Source: an uncultured Flavobacterium sp.
GTDB lineage: Bacteria; Bacteroidota; Bacteroidia; Flavobacteriales; Flavobacteriaceae
Length of the DNA stretch: 64,000 nt
NCBI GenBank assembly: GCA_964518395.1
Contig: CAZFGA010000008.1
Coordinates: forward strand, 40,699-104,698
Direction: 5' to 3'
The position numbers and the translations under genes were made by a program. The notes under the pieces were generated by a model that had not been told where the DNA came from, searched no databases, and saw only the letters and a list, made by a program, of their open reading frames with translations. Below are positions 46,218 through 55,618 of this stretch, in pieces. Position 1 is the stretch's first letter. Every line of letters begins with the position of its first letter.

Positions 46218-46231
46218 GTAACCATGGTTAC
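46218..46231. promoter_or_regulatory. Perfect 14-bp palindrome GTAACCATGGTTAC upstream of the RND operon (candidate operator)
   Basis: Seen directly, 72 nt upstream of the adaptor ATG at 46304. Confidence 0.3.
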
Positions 46232-46303
46232 TGATGTTTTATTATACCTAACGGAATCATTGCATTCCAAGCATTCAATCGCTTAATTTCCATTTTTCAC
46301 CTA

Positions 46304-47383
46304 ATGAAGAAAATCATCCTAACAGGCATCATTGCCTTGTTGTGCCTTGCTAGTTGCACAACTAAAAAAGTAGAAAAAGAAGAAGCCGATAAATTTACAG
46401 TTACCAGCCCTGTGAAAATCGACACTACTTTTACTAAAGAATACGTATCGCAAATCAGATCGGTACGTAACATAGAAATCCGTGCTCAGGAAAAAGGATT
46501 CTTACAAAACATTTATGTTGATGAAGGCCAATTCGTAAAAGCAGGACAATTGTTATTTAAGATTATGCCTAAAATGTATGAGGCAGAATTGCTTAAAGCT
46601 CAGGCAGAACAAAAATCGGCCGAAATAGAATTACAGAACACCAAAATTTTAGCAGATAAAAACGTAGTTTCAAAGAACGAACTGGCAGCAGCCCAGGCAA
46701 AACTTCAGGCAGCAAAAGCAGAAGTTTCGTTGGCTAAACTTCACTTGTCATTCACAGAAATCAGAGCTCCGTTTGACGGTACTATCGACCGTATTCCATT
46801 AAAATTAGGAAGCCTTATTGATGAAGGCGAATTGCTGACTACTCTTTCAGACAACAGCCAGATGTTTGCGTATTTCAACGTGTCTGAACCAGAATACATA
46901 CAATATCAGACCAACGTAAAAGACCGCGCGGAAACTAAAGTAAACCTGATTTTAGCCGATGGACAGCCGTTTAAATTTAAAGGAGACGTAGAAGTAATCG
47001 AAAGTGAATTTAATAACGAAACAGGAAACATCGCCTTTAGGGCCCGATTCCCAAATTCGACCAAACTCCTAAGAAATGGAGAAACAGGACAAGTCCAAAT
47101 GCTTGTGCCTTTAAAAAATGCCATCGTAATTCCACAAAAAGCTACCTATGAAATCCAGGACAAAAAATATGTTTTTGTGGTAGGCAAAAACAATGTACTG
47201 AGCTCAAAGGAAATTACTATTGGTGGTGAAATGCCAGACTTATATGTTGTCAATAAAGGCATTAACGAAAATGATAAAATCTTATTGGATGGCGTCCAAA
47301 AAGTAAAAGACGATGACAGAATCGCTTACGGTTATGTGGCTCCTAAAAAGGTAATGAGTAATCTACGATTAAAAGCAGAATAA
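46304..47383 (+). CDS. RND efflux periplasmic adaptor (membrane fusion protein, AcrA/MexA-like)
   Basis: Lipoprotein signal LLCLASC, a coiled-coil hairpin (AELLKAQAEQKSAEIELQN...AAAQAKLQAAKAEVSLAKLHL), and the IRAPFDGTIDRI lipoyl motif. Confidence 0.85.
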   Translation: MKKIILTGIIALLCLASCTTKKVEKEEADKFTVTSPVKIDTTFTKEYVSQIRSVRNIEIRAQEKGFLQNIYVDEGQFVKAGQLLFKIMPKMYEAELLKAQAEQKSAEIELQNTKILADKNVVSKNELAAAQAKLQAAKAEVSLAKLHLSFTEIRAPFDGTIDRIPLKLGSLIDEGELLTTLSDNSQMFAYFNVSEPEYIQYQTNVKDRAETKVNLILADGQPFKFKGDVEVIESEFNNETGNIAFRARFPNSTKLLRNGETGQVQMLVPLKNAIVIPQKATYEIQDKKYVFVVGKNNVLSSKEITIGGEMPDLYVVNKGINENDKILLDGVQKVKDDDRIAYGYVAPKKVMSNLRLKAE

Positions 47384-47386
47384 ACG

Positions 47387-47554
47387 AATTAGTTTATAGG
47401 GGATAGTTTTTAGTTGACAATGGATAGTTTTTAGTGGATAGTTGACAATTGATAGTGTATAGTTATTAGTCTATTCATCTATCATCTATTCTCTATTGTC
47501 CAAAATCTAAAATCTGAAATCTGCCTTCCAAACTCATCCTTCTTTAATCATTAA
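47387..47554 (+). repeat. About 24 consecutive phased heptads (NNNNAGT type, then TCNNNNN type) filling the adaptor-pump intercistronic gap
   Basis: In register from 47387: AATTAGT TTATAGG GGATAGT TTTTAGT TGACAAT GGATAGT TTTTAGT GGATAGT TGACAAT TGATAGT GTATAGT TATTAGT CTATTCA TCTATCA TCTATTC TCTATTG TCCAAAA TCTAAAA TCTGAAA TCTGCCT TCCAAAC TCATCCT TCTTTAA TCATTAA. Confidence 0.7.
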
Positions 47555-47567
47555 AAAATCAAAATAG

Positions 47568-50500
47568 ATGTTTAATAAATTTATACAAAGACCTGTATTG
47601 TCGATAGTAATATCGCTTATAATTGTCTTTTTAGGAGCCTTGTCAGTACTCAACCTGCCAGTGACCCAATTCCCTTCGATATCGCCTCCAAAAGTAAATA
47701 TAACAGCAGATTATCCGGGTTCTAACGGGGAACTTATGATCAAGTCCGTAATTATTCCTTTGGAAAGAGCGCTGAACGGAGTACCCGGAATGAAATACAT
47801 GACCTCAGATGCCGGTAACGATGGTGAAGCCAGTATTCAGGTCGTATTCAACCTCGGGACGGACCCCAACCTGGCGGCCGTTAACGTGCAAAACCGTGTA
47901 GCCTCAGTAGTAAACAAACTACCGCCATTGGTAGTTAGGGAAGGAGTTAAGATTACGCGTGAAGAATCAAGTATGCTGATGTATGTCAACCTTTATAGCG
48001 ATGACAAAAATACCGACCAGAAGTTCTTATACAACTTTGCCGATATTAACATCCTGTCAGAATTGAAAAGGGTAAATGGTGTTGGTGTTGCCGATATTTT
48101 AGGAACGCGTGAATATGCCATGAGAATCTGGCTAAAACCGGACCGCATGCTGGCTTACAAAATTTCTGCCGATGAAGTGATGGAAGCTTTGGCGAGCCAA
48201 AGTTTGGAAGCTTCACCAGGAAAAACAGGTGAAAGTTCCGGAAAAAGATCTCAGGCGTTTGAATATGTATTAAAATATTCCGGTCGTTTTACGACTAAAG
48301 AACAATACGGAAACGTAGTATTACGCTCCAACCCTAATGGAGAGTTATTACGACTAAAAGACGTGGCCGATATTGAACTCGGAAGCTCCATGTACGATAT
48401 CTATTCCAACCTGAACGGAAAACCTTCGGCGGCAATCGTATTAAAGCAATCGTACGGAAGTAATGCGAGTCAGGTTATTAAAGACGTCAAGGCTAAATTA
48501 GAGGAAATCAAAAAAAGTTCTTTCCCAAAAGGAATGAACTATGAAATCAGTTATGACGTTTCTAAATTCCTGGATGCCTCTATTGAAAAAGTAATCCATA
48601 CGTTGGTTGAAGCCTTTATCCTGGTAGGTATTGTAGTATTTATCTTCTTAGGCGACTGGAGGTCGACGGTTATTCCGGCAATAGCGGTACCGGTTTCTCT
48701 TATCGGAACCTTTGTTTTCATGCAGTTCTTTGGAATTACCTTAAACCTTATTACATTATTCGCTTTGGTATTGGCAATTGGGGTCGTCGTCGATGATGCC
48801 ATTGTCGTCATCGAGGCCGTCCATGCCAAGATGGAAGAGGAACATCTCTCGGCACGAAAGGCAACCAAACAAGCGATGCATGAAATTGCAGGAGCTATTA
48901 TCGCAATTACATTCCTGATGGCAGCGGTATTTATTCCGGTAGCCTTTATGTCGGGCCCGGTAGGTATATTCTACCGTCAGTTCTCGATTACTATGGCAAC
49001 TGCAATTATCCTTTCGGGTATTGTAGCCTTGACGCTTACTCCTGCGCTTTGTGCCATCATGTTGAAAAATCATCATGGCAAACCAAAAAAGAGAACTCCT
49101 GTAAAAATCTTTATTGATGGTTTCAATAAGACCTTTAACATTGCTTCTGATAAGTACCAAAATGTATTAGGGAAAATAGTAAACAGAAGAACAGTGACTT
49201 TTGCCGCATTGATTGGTTTCTGTGCCGGAACCTGGTTCATAAGCAGCACGGTTCCTTCCGGATTTATCCCGAATGAAGATCAGGGAATGTTTTATGCCAT
49301 TATTCAAACGCCACCGGGTTCTTCACTGGAAAGAACAAACAATGTTGCCGAAAGACTTCAGAAAATGGCAGAAACAGTAGAAGGCGTTCAATCGGTTTCA
49401 GCTTTGGCGGGATATGAAATCCTTACAGAAGGTACGGGTGCCAACTCCGGAACCTGTTTGATTAACCTGAAAGATTGGAACGAAAGAAAACATTCCGTAC
49501 AGGAAGTAATGGAAGAGTTGGAAGAAAAATCGAAAGATATTCCGGGTGCGAATATCGAATTTTTCCAACCGCCGGCCGTTCCGGGTTATGGAGCTGCAGG
49601 TGGATTTGAATTACGTCTGTTAGATAAAACAGGCTCGGGTGACTATAAGAAAATGGAAACCGTTACTCAGGATTTTGTTAAAGAATTGAACAAGCGTCCA
49701 GAGCTTTCTTCTGTATTTAGTTTTTACAGTGCGAGTTTCCCTCAGTTCATGCTAAAAGTAGATAACGATCTGGCACAGCAAAAAGGAGTTTCTATTGAAA
49801 ATGCCATGAATACACTTTCAACATTAGTAGGTAGTAACTATGAAATCAGTTTCATCAAATACGGATTCAACTATAAAGTAATCGTTCAGGCGGCGCCACA
49901 GTACAGAGCTTTGCCGGATGATATTTTAAAGCTGTATGTGAAAAATAATAAAGATGAAATGGTGCCCTTTTCTGCTTTTATGAGAATGGAAAAAGTATAC
50001 GGACTCTCTGAAATTACAAGACACAATATGTATACTTCTGCTGAAATCAGTGGAGCTGCCGCGGCAGGATATAGTAGCGGTACAGCAATTAAAGCCATTA
50101 AAGAAGTGGCCGAGAAAAAACTGCCAAGAGGTTATGGAATCGACTGGGCTGGTATTTCTGCCGATGAAGTGGCGCAAGGAAATCAGGCTATCTGGGTTTT
50201 CCTTATCTGTTTGGGCTTCGTTTACCTGGTACTGGCTGCACAATATGAAAGTTTTATTCTGCCATTGTCAGTTATCCTATCGCTTCCGGCAGGTATTTTT
50301 GGAGCGTTCCTATTGCTGAAAATCATGGGACTGGAAAATAACATTTATGCTCAGGTTGCTATGGTAATGTTGATTGGTCTGTTGGGTAAAAATGCCGTGT
50401 TGATTGTCGAATTTGCCATCCAAAGGCATGCCGCCGGTAAGTCGGTTTTAGAATCGGCTATGGAAGGAGCAAAAGCGAGATTCCGTCCTATTTTGATGAC

Positions 50501-50738
50501 TTCGTTTGCCTTTATCGCAGGTTTGATTCCGTTGGTTTTTGCCACCGGACCCGGAAAAATAGGTAACAGAACCATTGGTACTGCAGCAGCAGGAGGGATG
50601 CTTCTCGGAACGATTTGCGGTGTGTTTGTGATACCCGGATTGTATTACATTTTTGCCCGAATTGCCGAAAAGCACAAATTGGTGAAAAATGAAGAAGAAA
50701 ACCCATTAACAGAAGAAATCGATAACAATCATGTTTAA
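47568..50738 (+). CDS. RND efflux pump inner-membrane permease (AcrB/MexB family)
   Basis: 1056 aa. Opens MFNKFIQRPVLSIVISLIIVFLG, has VVDDAIVVIE-type TM4 and 12-TM topology. Confidence 0.95.
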   Translation: MFNKFIQRPVLSIVISLIIVFLGALSVLNLPVTQFPSISPPKVNITADYPGSNGELMIKSVIIPLERALNGVPGMKYMTSDAGNDGEASIQVVFNLGTDPNLAAVNVQNRVASVVNKLPPLVVREGVKITREESSMLMYVNLYSDDKNTDQKFLYNFADINILSELKRVNGVGVADILGTREYAMRIWLKPDRMLAYKISADEVMEALASQSLEASPGKTGESSGKRSQAFEYVLKYSGRFTTKEQYGNVVLRSNPNGELLRLKDVADIELGSSMYDIYSNLNGKPSAAIVLKQSYGSNASQVIKDVKAKLEEIKKSSFPKGMNYEISYDVSKFLDASIEKVIHTLVEAFILVGIVVFIFLGDWRSTVIPAIAVPVSLIGTFVFMQFFGITLNLITLFALVLAIGVVVDDAIVVIEAVHAKMEEEHLSARKATKQAMHEIAGAIIAITFLMAAVFIPVAFMSGPVGIFYRQFSITMATAIILSGIVALTLTPALCAIMLKNHHGKPKKRTPVKIFIDGFNKTFNIASDKYQNVLGKIVNRRTVTFAALIGFCAGTWFISSTVPSGFIPNEDQGMFYAIIQTPPGSSLERTNNVAERLQKMAETVEGVQSVSALAGYEILTEGTGANSGTCLINLKDWNERKHSVQEVMEELEEKSKDIPGANIEFFQPPAVPGYGAAGGFELRLLDKTGSGDYKKMETVTQDFVKELNKRPELSSVFSFYSASFPQFMLKVDNDLAQQKGVSIENAMNTLSTLVGSNYEISFIKYGFNYKVIVQAAPQYRALPDDILKLYVKNNKDEMVPFSAFMRMEKVYGLSEITRHNMYTSAEISGAAAAGYSSGTAIKAIKEVAEKKLPRGYGIDWAGISADEVAQGNQAIWVFLICLGFVYLVLAAQYESFILPLSVILSLPAGIFGAFLLLKIMGLENNIYAQVAMVMLIGLLGKNAVLIVEFAIQRHAAGKSVLESAMEGAKARFRPILMTSFAFIAGLIPLVFATGPGKIGNRTIGTAAAGGMLLGTICGVFVIPGLYYIFARIAEKHKLVKNEEENPLTEEIDNNHV

Positions 50739-52164
50739 ATCCAAAATATACCAATATAGTATTGTCGTAGCGCTTTGCCTTGCCGTAGTTGGCTGTAAGG
50801 CGCCACAGACAATAGCTGAGACTCCAAGCAAGCCTGTTCCGGAATCTTTCGGAACCAGCAAGGATACGACGAATATGTCGACCGTTAAATGGAATGAATT
50901 CTTTAAGGACCCGAATCTGGTGGAATTGATTGACACGGCATTGAAAAACAACCAGGAACTGAATATCACTTTGCAGGAAATTGAAATCGCAAAAAACGAT
51001 GTGCGTGTTAAAAAAGGATTATTGCTGCCAACCGTGGGACTTCGTGCCGGAGCCGGACTCGAAAAAGTAGGAAGGTATACAAGCCAGGGTGCGGGTGATG
51101 CCACAACCGAAATCAAACCCGGAGTTGAAACACCAGACCCGTTACCGGATTACACGATTGGTGCTTACGCCAATTGGGAAGTTGATATCTGGAAAAAGCT
51201 GCGCAATTCTAAAAAAGCGGCAGTCAACAGATATTTGGCTACTGTTGAAGGAAAGAACTTTGTGGTTACAAACCTTATTGCAGAAGTTGCCGATTCGTAT
51301 TATGAGTTGCTGGCTTTAGATAGTCAGTTGGATATTGTGAAACAGACTATTGCTTTGCAGTCGAACGCTCTGGAAATTGTGAAAATCCAGAAACAGGCAG
51401 CCAGGGCAACAGAATTGGCAGTTCAGAAGTTTCAAGCAGAAGTACTGACTTCAAAAAGTCTGGAGTTTGAGATCCTGCAAAAAATCAAGGAAACGGAGAA
51501 TAAGATCAACTTTTTATTAGCGCGTTATCCGCAGGAAATCAAAAGGGATAAGACCAATTTTGCGGATTTAGTTCCGGCTACTGTAAATTCTGGTATTCCA
51601 TCGCAATTGTTGACCAATCGCCCGGATATCAAAAAGGCAGAATTGGAATTAGTGGCTGCAAAATTGGATGTAAAAGTAGCCCGTGCCGAGTTTTATCCGT
51701 CGCTTGATATATCGGCGGCATTTGGTGTAAGAGCTTTCAAACCGGCCTATCTGTTTACGTTCCCGGAATCGCTTTTGTATTCTGTGGCAGGTGATTTGGC
51801 AGCACCGCTGATTAACAGAAATGCGATTAAAGCTGAATTTAAAAGTGCCAACGCAAGACAGCTTCAGGCATTGTACAATTACGACCGTACGGTTTTAAAT
51901 GCCTATCTGGAAGTATCTACACAGCTTTCTAAAATCGAAAACCTCCAAAAAGGCTACGATTTAAAATCGCAACAGGTAGATGCCTTAAACCGATCTATTG
52001 ATATTTCAAACGATTTGTTTAAATCGGCAAGAGTCGATTATTTCGAGGTACTGATGACCCAAAGAGATGCTCTGGAATCGAAACTCGAACTGATAGAAAC
52101 CAAAAAAGAACAACTGAACGCTGTTGTTCATGTATATAAAAATTTAGGAGGAGGCTGGAAATAG
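50731..52164 (+). CDS. RND efflux outer-membrane factor lipoprotein (NodT/OprM family)
   Basis: Lipobox LAVVGC, two repeated TolC-like halves, and a C-terminal YKNLGGGW. It overlaps the pump gene by 8 nt. Confidence 0.85.
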   Translation: MFKSKIYQYSIVVALCLAVVGCKAPQTIAETPSKPVPESFGTSKDTTNMSTVKWNEFFKDPNLVELIDTALKNNQELNITLQEIEIAKNDVRVKKGLLLPTVGLRAGAGLEKVGRYTSQGAGDATTEIKPGVETPDPLPDYTIGAYANWEVDIWKKLRNSKKAAVNRYLATVEGKNFVVTNLIAEVADSYYELLALDSQLDIVKQTIALQSNALEIVKIQKQAARATELAVQKFQAEVLTSKSLEFEILQKIKETENKINFLLARYPQEIKRDKTNFADLVPATVNSGIPSQLLTNRPDIKKAELELVAAKLDVKVARAEFYPSLDISAAFGVRAFKPAYLFTFPESLLYSVAGDLAAPLINRNAIKAEFKSANARQLQALYNYDRTVLNAYLEVSTQLSKIENLQKGYDLKSQQVDALNRSIDISNDLFKSARVDYFEVLMTQRDALESKLELIETKKEQLNAVVHVYKNLGGGWK

Positions 52165-52189
52165 GTTGATTTGTTAGGTTGATTGGAGA

Positions 52190-52228
52190 ACTAGTCAAGG
52201 GGTATTATTCCTTGGCTAGTTTTTTTTT
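52190..52228 (+). terminator. Intrinsic terminator of the RND operon
   Basis: ACTAGTCAAGG / CCTTGGCTAGT stem (one G-U) with a 9-nt loop, followed by T8. Confidence 0.75.
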
Positions 52229-52472
52229 GTTATTTGATGAGACCAGAGGTTTAAAAAGACTTTAATGTGTAAACTGCTTCTGAAATTTTCTCAATTTGTT
52301 CTCTAATTAAGTTTATGACATTCATTTATAAGAATTTATTTTTATGAGACTTGTACAAGTGATATATTTATAAAATTATGATTATTAATTTTATTAACAA
52401 TTTTTATAATGACCAAAGAAACAACTATTGGAAATAAATAAAAACACAATTGAAAATCAAAAGAACAAGAAG

Positions 52473-53249
52473 ATGAATTACTCCAACGAACCTAAACCGG
52501 CAAAAATTCTAAACCTTCAATCATTAGATGACATCAGCGACACTATTTTTCTAAGGAAAGAACTTGACGTACACCACTTCAGTGCTAAAAAGCCTGAAAA
52601 TAATGTAAATAGATTAGTTTTTCATATCGAAACGGCAAATATTAATATAACGCCAAATGTGAGACTGGTTAAATATAAGAGAAAAGGTATAGAAGTAGGC
52701 GATTATCATTCATTTGTTATCGAACCCAAAGAAAAATCAACAGGAATTGTTGTTATATCCGTTAAATCTGATGGTGATAAAGTTTTCAATTTCAATATAA
52801 AAATACTGCCGCTAAATACTCTTAACGATATAGCTGAACCTGAAGTCGATACAAACCTACTTGCCATAAATCTGGAAAAGTCCAATCTTGTTCTAAAAAC
52901 GGATATCAGTATAGCGGGGTCTGATACAGGTCAAGCGCTATATTCGGTTCTGGATATAGATGTAAATGCTGTTTCTGATCTGATTACACTATCAGGAATA
53001 GTTGAGTTAAAAAGAGAATTAGAATTTCAAGGGGCTAAACTCATGGCTCATTATTTAAATGAAGTTATGTGGCTTTTCGAATCGAATACCAAACAAGTTC
53101 TGGAGCTTCCTACTGACCAATTAAAAAAACTATTATTGGCTAACGCCATAGCAGGTTGTATCGCTTTGGAAATAGTAGGGTCAACTGCTATTCTGGATTT
53201 AAACAGAGACTGGACGGCAGCTTCTACCTTTATTGGGAATCTTCTTTAG
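52473..53249 (+). CDS. Orphan cytoplasmic protein, unknown function
   Basis: The ORF-track start is a TTG, so I used the first ATG at 52473 (MNYSNEPKP). No signal peptide and no motif recognised. The coding region is AT-rich. Confidence 0.5.
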   Translation: MNYSNEPKPAKILNLQSLDDISDTIFLRKELDVHHFSAKKPENNVNRLVFHIETANINITPNVRLVKYKRKGIEVGDYHSFVIEPKEKSTGIVVISVKSDGDKVFNFNIKILPLNTLNDIAEPEVDTNLLAINLEKSNLVLKTDISIAGSDTGQALYSVLDIDVNAVSDLITLSGIVELKRELEFQGAKLMAHYLNEVMWLFESNTKQVLELPTDQLKKLLLANAIAGCIALEIVGSTAILDLNRDWTAASTFIGNLL

Positions 53250-53322
53250 TATGTATTTTTTGTGTAGAAATTGAATATGTTTTTCAGCTTCTCACATAAT
53301 CAAAACCATCCATAAAAATAAA

Positions 53323-53348
53323 AACCAGTTAAAGTGCTTTAACTGGTT
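53323..53348. terminator. Bidirectional terminator; first copy of a duplicated terminator
   Basis: AACCAGTTAAAG / CTTTAACTGGTT stem flanked by A and T runs. A near-identical copy lies at 55619-55644. Confidence 0.75.
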
Positions 53349-53389
53349 TTTTTAAATTACTTTTTTAGGAGTTGGTATTATGTATCACT

Positions 53390-55537
53390 TTAGCTTTCAT
53401 AAATATACGGAACTTCAAAAGCAACTTTGGCTCCTTCTATAGTTCCGTCTGAAGCGATTACGTTATTGGTTTCCACTATAAAATCCTTATTTTTTGTGTA
53501 TGAAACCAAACGTTCTTTGGTAATCGTCATGGCCAGTGATTTGTGATTGCTGACCTTTTCATCTGTGCCAAATCCTTTACCGTTATCGGTTACTTCAAAA
53601 TAGAGTTTTTCTTCTTTCAGATAATAGTGGATATCGATTTTGCCATTTACTGTTGTGTTGCTTAAACCGTGTTTGATGGCGTTTTCAATGTAGGGCTGCG
53701 CCAGCATTGGCGGTAAAAATATGGATTCAGTATCAATGTTTTCTTCTATATGGATATTGGAAGTGAATTTGTTTTCATATAAAAGCTGCTGTATGGCGAG
53801 GTAATTCTCAAGCATTGAAACTTCTTCTGCCAATGAAATATAGTTCTGGTTGGAGTGTTCAAGAATTTGTCGGGTTAGTTTAGAAAACTTGCCCAAATAG
53901 TTCACGGCTTCATCGTTTTGCCTGTTGTTAATCAGGCTCCTGATGTTCTGAATCGAATTGAATATAAAATGCGGGTTCATCTGGGTGATGAGCAGCTTTT
54001 GCTTGATTTGGTTTTTTTCCAGTACCGTAATGGCTTGTTTCTGCTTATTGTTTCGGTAGTAGAAATAAGCACCCAGCAACGAAAGCAGAAATACAGAAGA
54101 AACGGCAATCAGCCAGTTATTTTTAACGGCCGTTTTCTTTTCGGAACTTAATTTGATGGCTGCTGTTTTCTTTTCAGAACTTAGTTTGATGGCGGCTACC
54201 TTTTTTTCCTGACTGAGTTTCTGGTTCAGCTGTTTTTTTTCAAAATCGTATACTAACTGTTGTCGGGCTAATTTGTTTTTTGAAGTTTCCAGTGCGATTT
54301 TCTTTTGGGCTTCAAGCTCGAGGGCGGTTACTTTCTTTTGCTGGATTATTTTTTGCTGCAGTTCTTTTTTCTCAAACTGGTATTTGAGTTCCTGTTGCGC
54401 CAATTCGTTTTTTGAGGCTTCTAAATTTGTAGAATCTTTTATAACGATATTCGCTTCATGCATTTTTAATGCTTTTTCATACTGTCCGCTTTCTTTATAA
54501 ATTTTGTACAGCAAGGAGGTGATACCGGACTGCGAATTGATGTTTTTATTTTTTTTTGCCAGGCTGTAACTCAATTCACCGTACTCCGCAGCCTTATCAT
54601 AGTTTTTATTTTTGTAATTAATGCGTGCTGCACTTCCATATACTCCTTGCCTTGAAGTGTCATCATTACATAAATCCAAGGCTCTTTTTAAATAATCTTC
54701 CGACTCAGCCAGTTTTCCCAATTCACTGGAGGATTGAGCCAATTGTACTAAAATTATCGATTCTGCCTGCGGATCTTTATTCTTTTTGATATAATAGTAC
54801 GCTTTTAGAAAATTGTTATGGGCTTCGGTAAAGTTTTTAAGACGGTTATAAGCTGTGCCTATGTTATTATGAATGACCGCTAAACTATGGCGGTCTGATT
54901 TTCTTAATTCTGACTCCGGGACATCAAAGTAGGGCAATGCTTTTTTTAGATGAACAATAGCTTTATTCCAGTCCTGCTGTGCCAAACAAGCAGTTCCTAT
55001 TTCCATATTTACGGTTGATATTCCGCTTTCATTATTAATACTCTCGTAGAATTTTAATGCTTCAAAAAAGTATTTGAACGTATTGGGCCAGTCGGCAATA
55101 TGGCGGTAGTACGCACCTTTACCAACCATCGCTAATGCCATAGGCTTATAGTCTTTTGAGTCTTTCCAATACTTTATAGCTTCATCAAAGTGCATTGGCG
55201 CATTTTTGTTACCTTCACTTGTTTCTTTTTTTGCGGTATTGTAGTAATACACTCCCGCAGCAAATTGGTATTTTTGCTTTACTTTTGGGTGAAGTTTGGG
55301 CATTGCCAATCCTTTGGTAAAAACAGGAAGTAACTGATTGAAGTAAGCCACATGTGCTTTGCTCAACATGATTGTGTTATCCATACCCGCAATAATTGTA
55401 TTAATGCGTGTCGTATCACTAATTTTGCGATTAGCTAATATCGTTTCTATAGAATCAATTGTTTTATTCTGGGAATAAACAGGGAGACTGATATAGAGAA
55501 GAAGTAAAAAAAGTGCTAAATGCTTGCAATTTAACAT
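53390..55537 (-). CDS. TPR-domain sensor kinase of the LytS/YehU (His_kinase) class, paralog A
   Basis: Signal peptide MLNCKHLALFLLLLYISLPVYSQ, TPR-like repeats, Lys-rich coiled coil, one TM helix, then QMNPHFIFNSIQNIRSLI and the ATPase box TDNGKGFG. The start is uncertain (ATG at 55537 or 55594). Confidence 0.8.
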   Translation of the reverse strand: MLNCKHLALFLLLLYISLPVYSQNKTIDSIETILANRKISDTTRINTIIAGMDNTIMLSKAHVAYFNQLLPVFTKGLAMPKLHPKVKQKYQFAAGVYYYNTAKKETSEGNKNAPMHFDEAIKYWKDSKDYKPMALAMVGKGAYYRHIADWPNTFKYFFEALKFYESINNESGISTVNMEIGTACLAQQDWNKAIVHLKKALPYFDVPESELRKSDRHSLAVIHNNIGTAYNRLKNFTEAHNNFLKAYYYIKKNKDPQAESIILVQLAQSSSELGKLAESEDYLKRALDLCNDDTSRQGVYGSAARINYKNKNYDKAAEYGELSYSLAKKNKNINSQSGITSLLYKIYKESGQYEKALKMHEANIVIKDSTNLEASKNELAQQELKYQFEKKELQQKIIQQKKVTALELEAQKKIALETSKNKLARQQLVYDFEKKQLNQKLSQEKKVAAIKLSSEKKTAAIKLSSEKKTAVKNNWLIAVSSVFLLSLLGAYFYYRNNKQKQAITVLEKNQIKQKLLITQMNPHFIFNSIQNIRSLINNRQNDEAVNYLGKFSKLTRQILEHSNQNYISLAEEVSMLENYLAIQQLLYENKFTSNIHIEENIDTESIFLPPMLAQPYIENAIKHGLSNTTVNGKIDIHYYLKEEKLYFEVTDNGKGFGTDEKVSNHKSLAMTITKERLVSYTKNKDFIVETNNVIASDGTIEGAKVAFEVPYIYES
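54132..54197 (-). repeat. In-frame 33-bp tandem duplication inside kinase paralog A
   Basis: Copies at 54132-54164 and 54165-54197 differ at 3 positions and encode AAIKLSSEKKT twice. Confidence 0.8.
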
Positions 55538-55618
55538 AAATACAAGGGATTTAATTAAAAAACGGAGGTAAAAATAATCAATTGATAGATACATACTACC
55601 CAACCAGCGGAAATAAAA

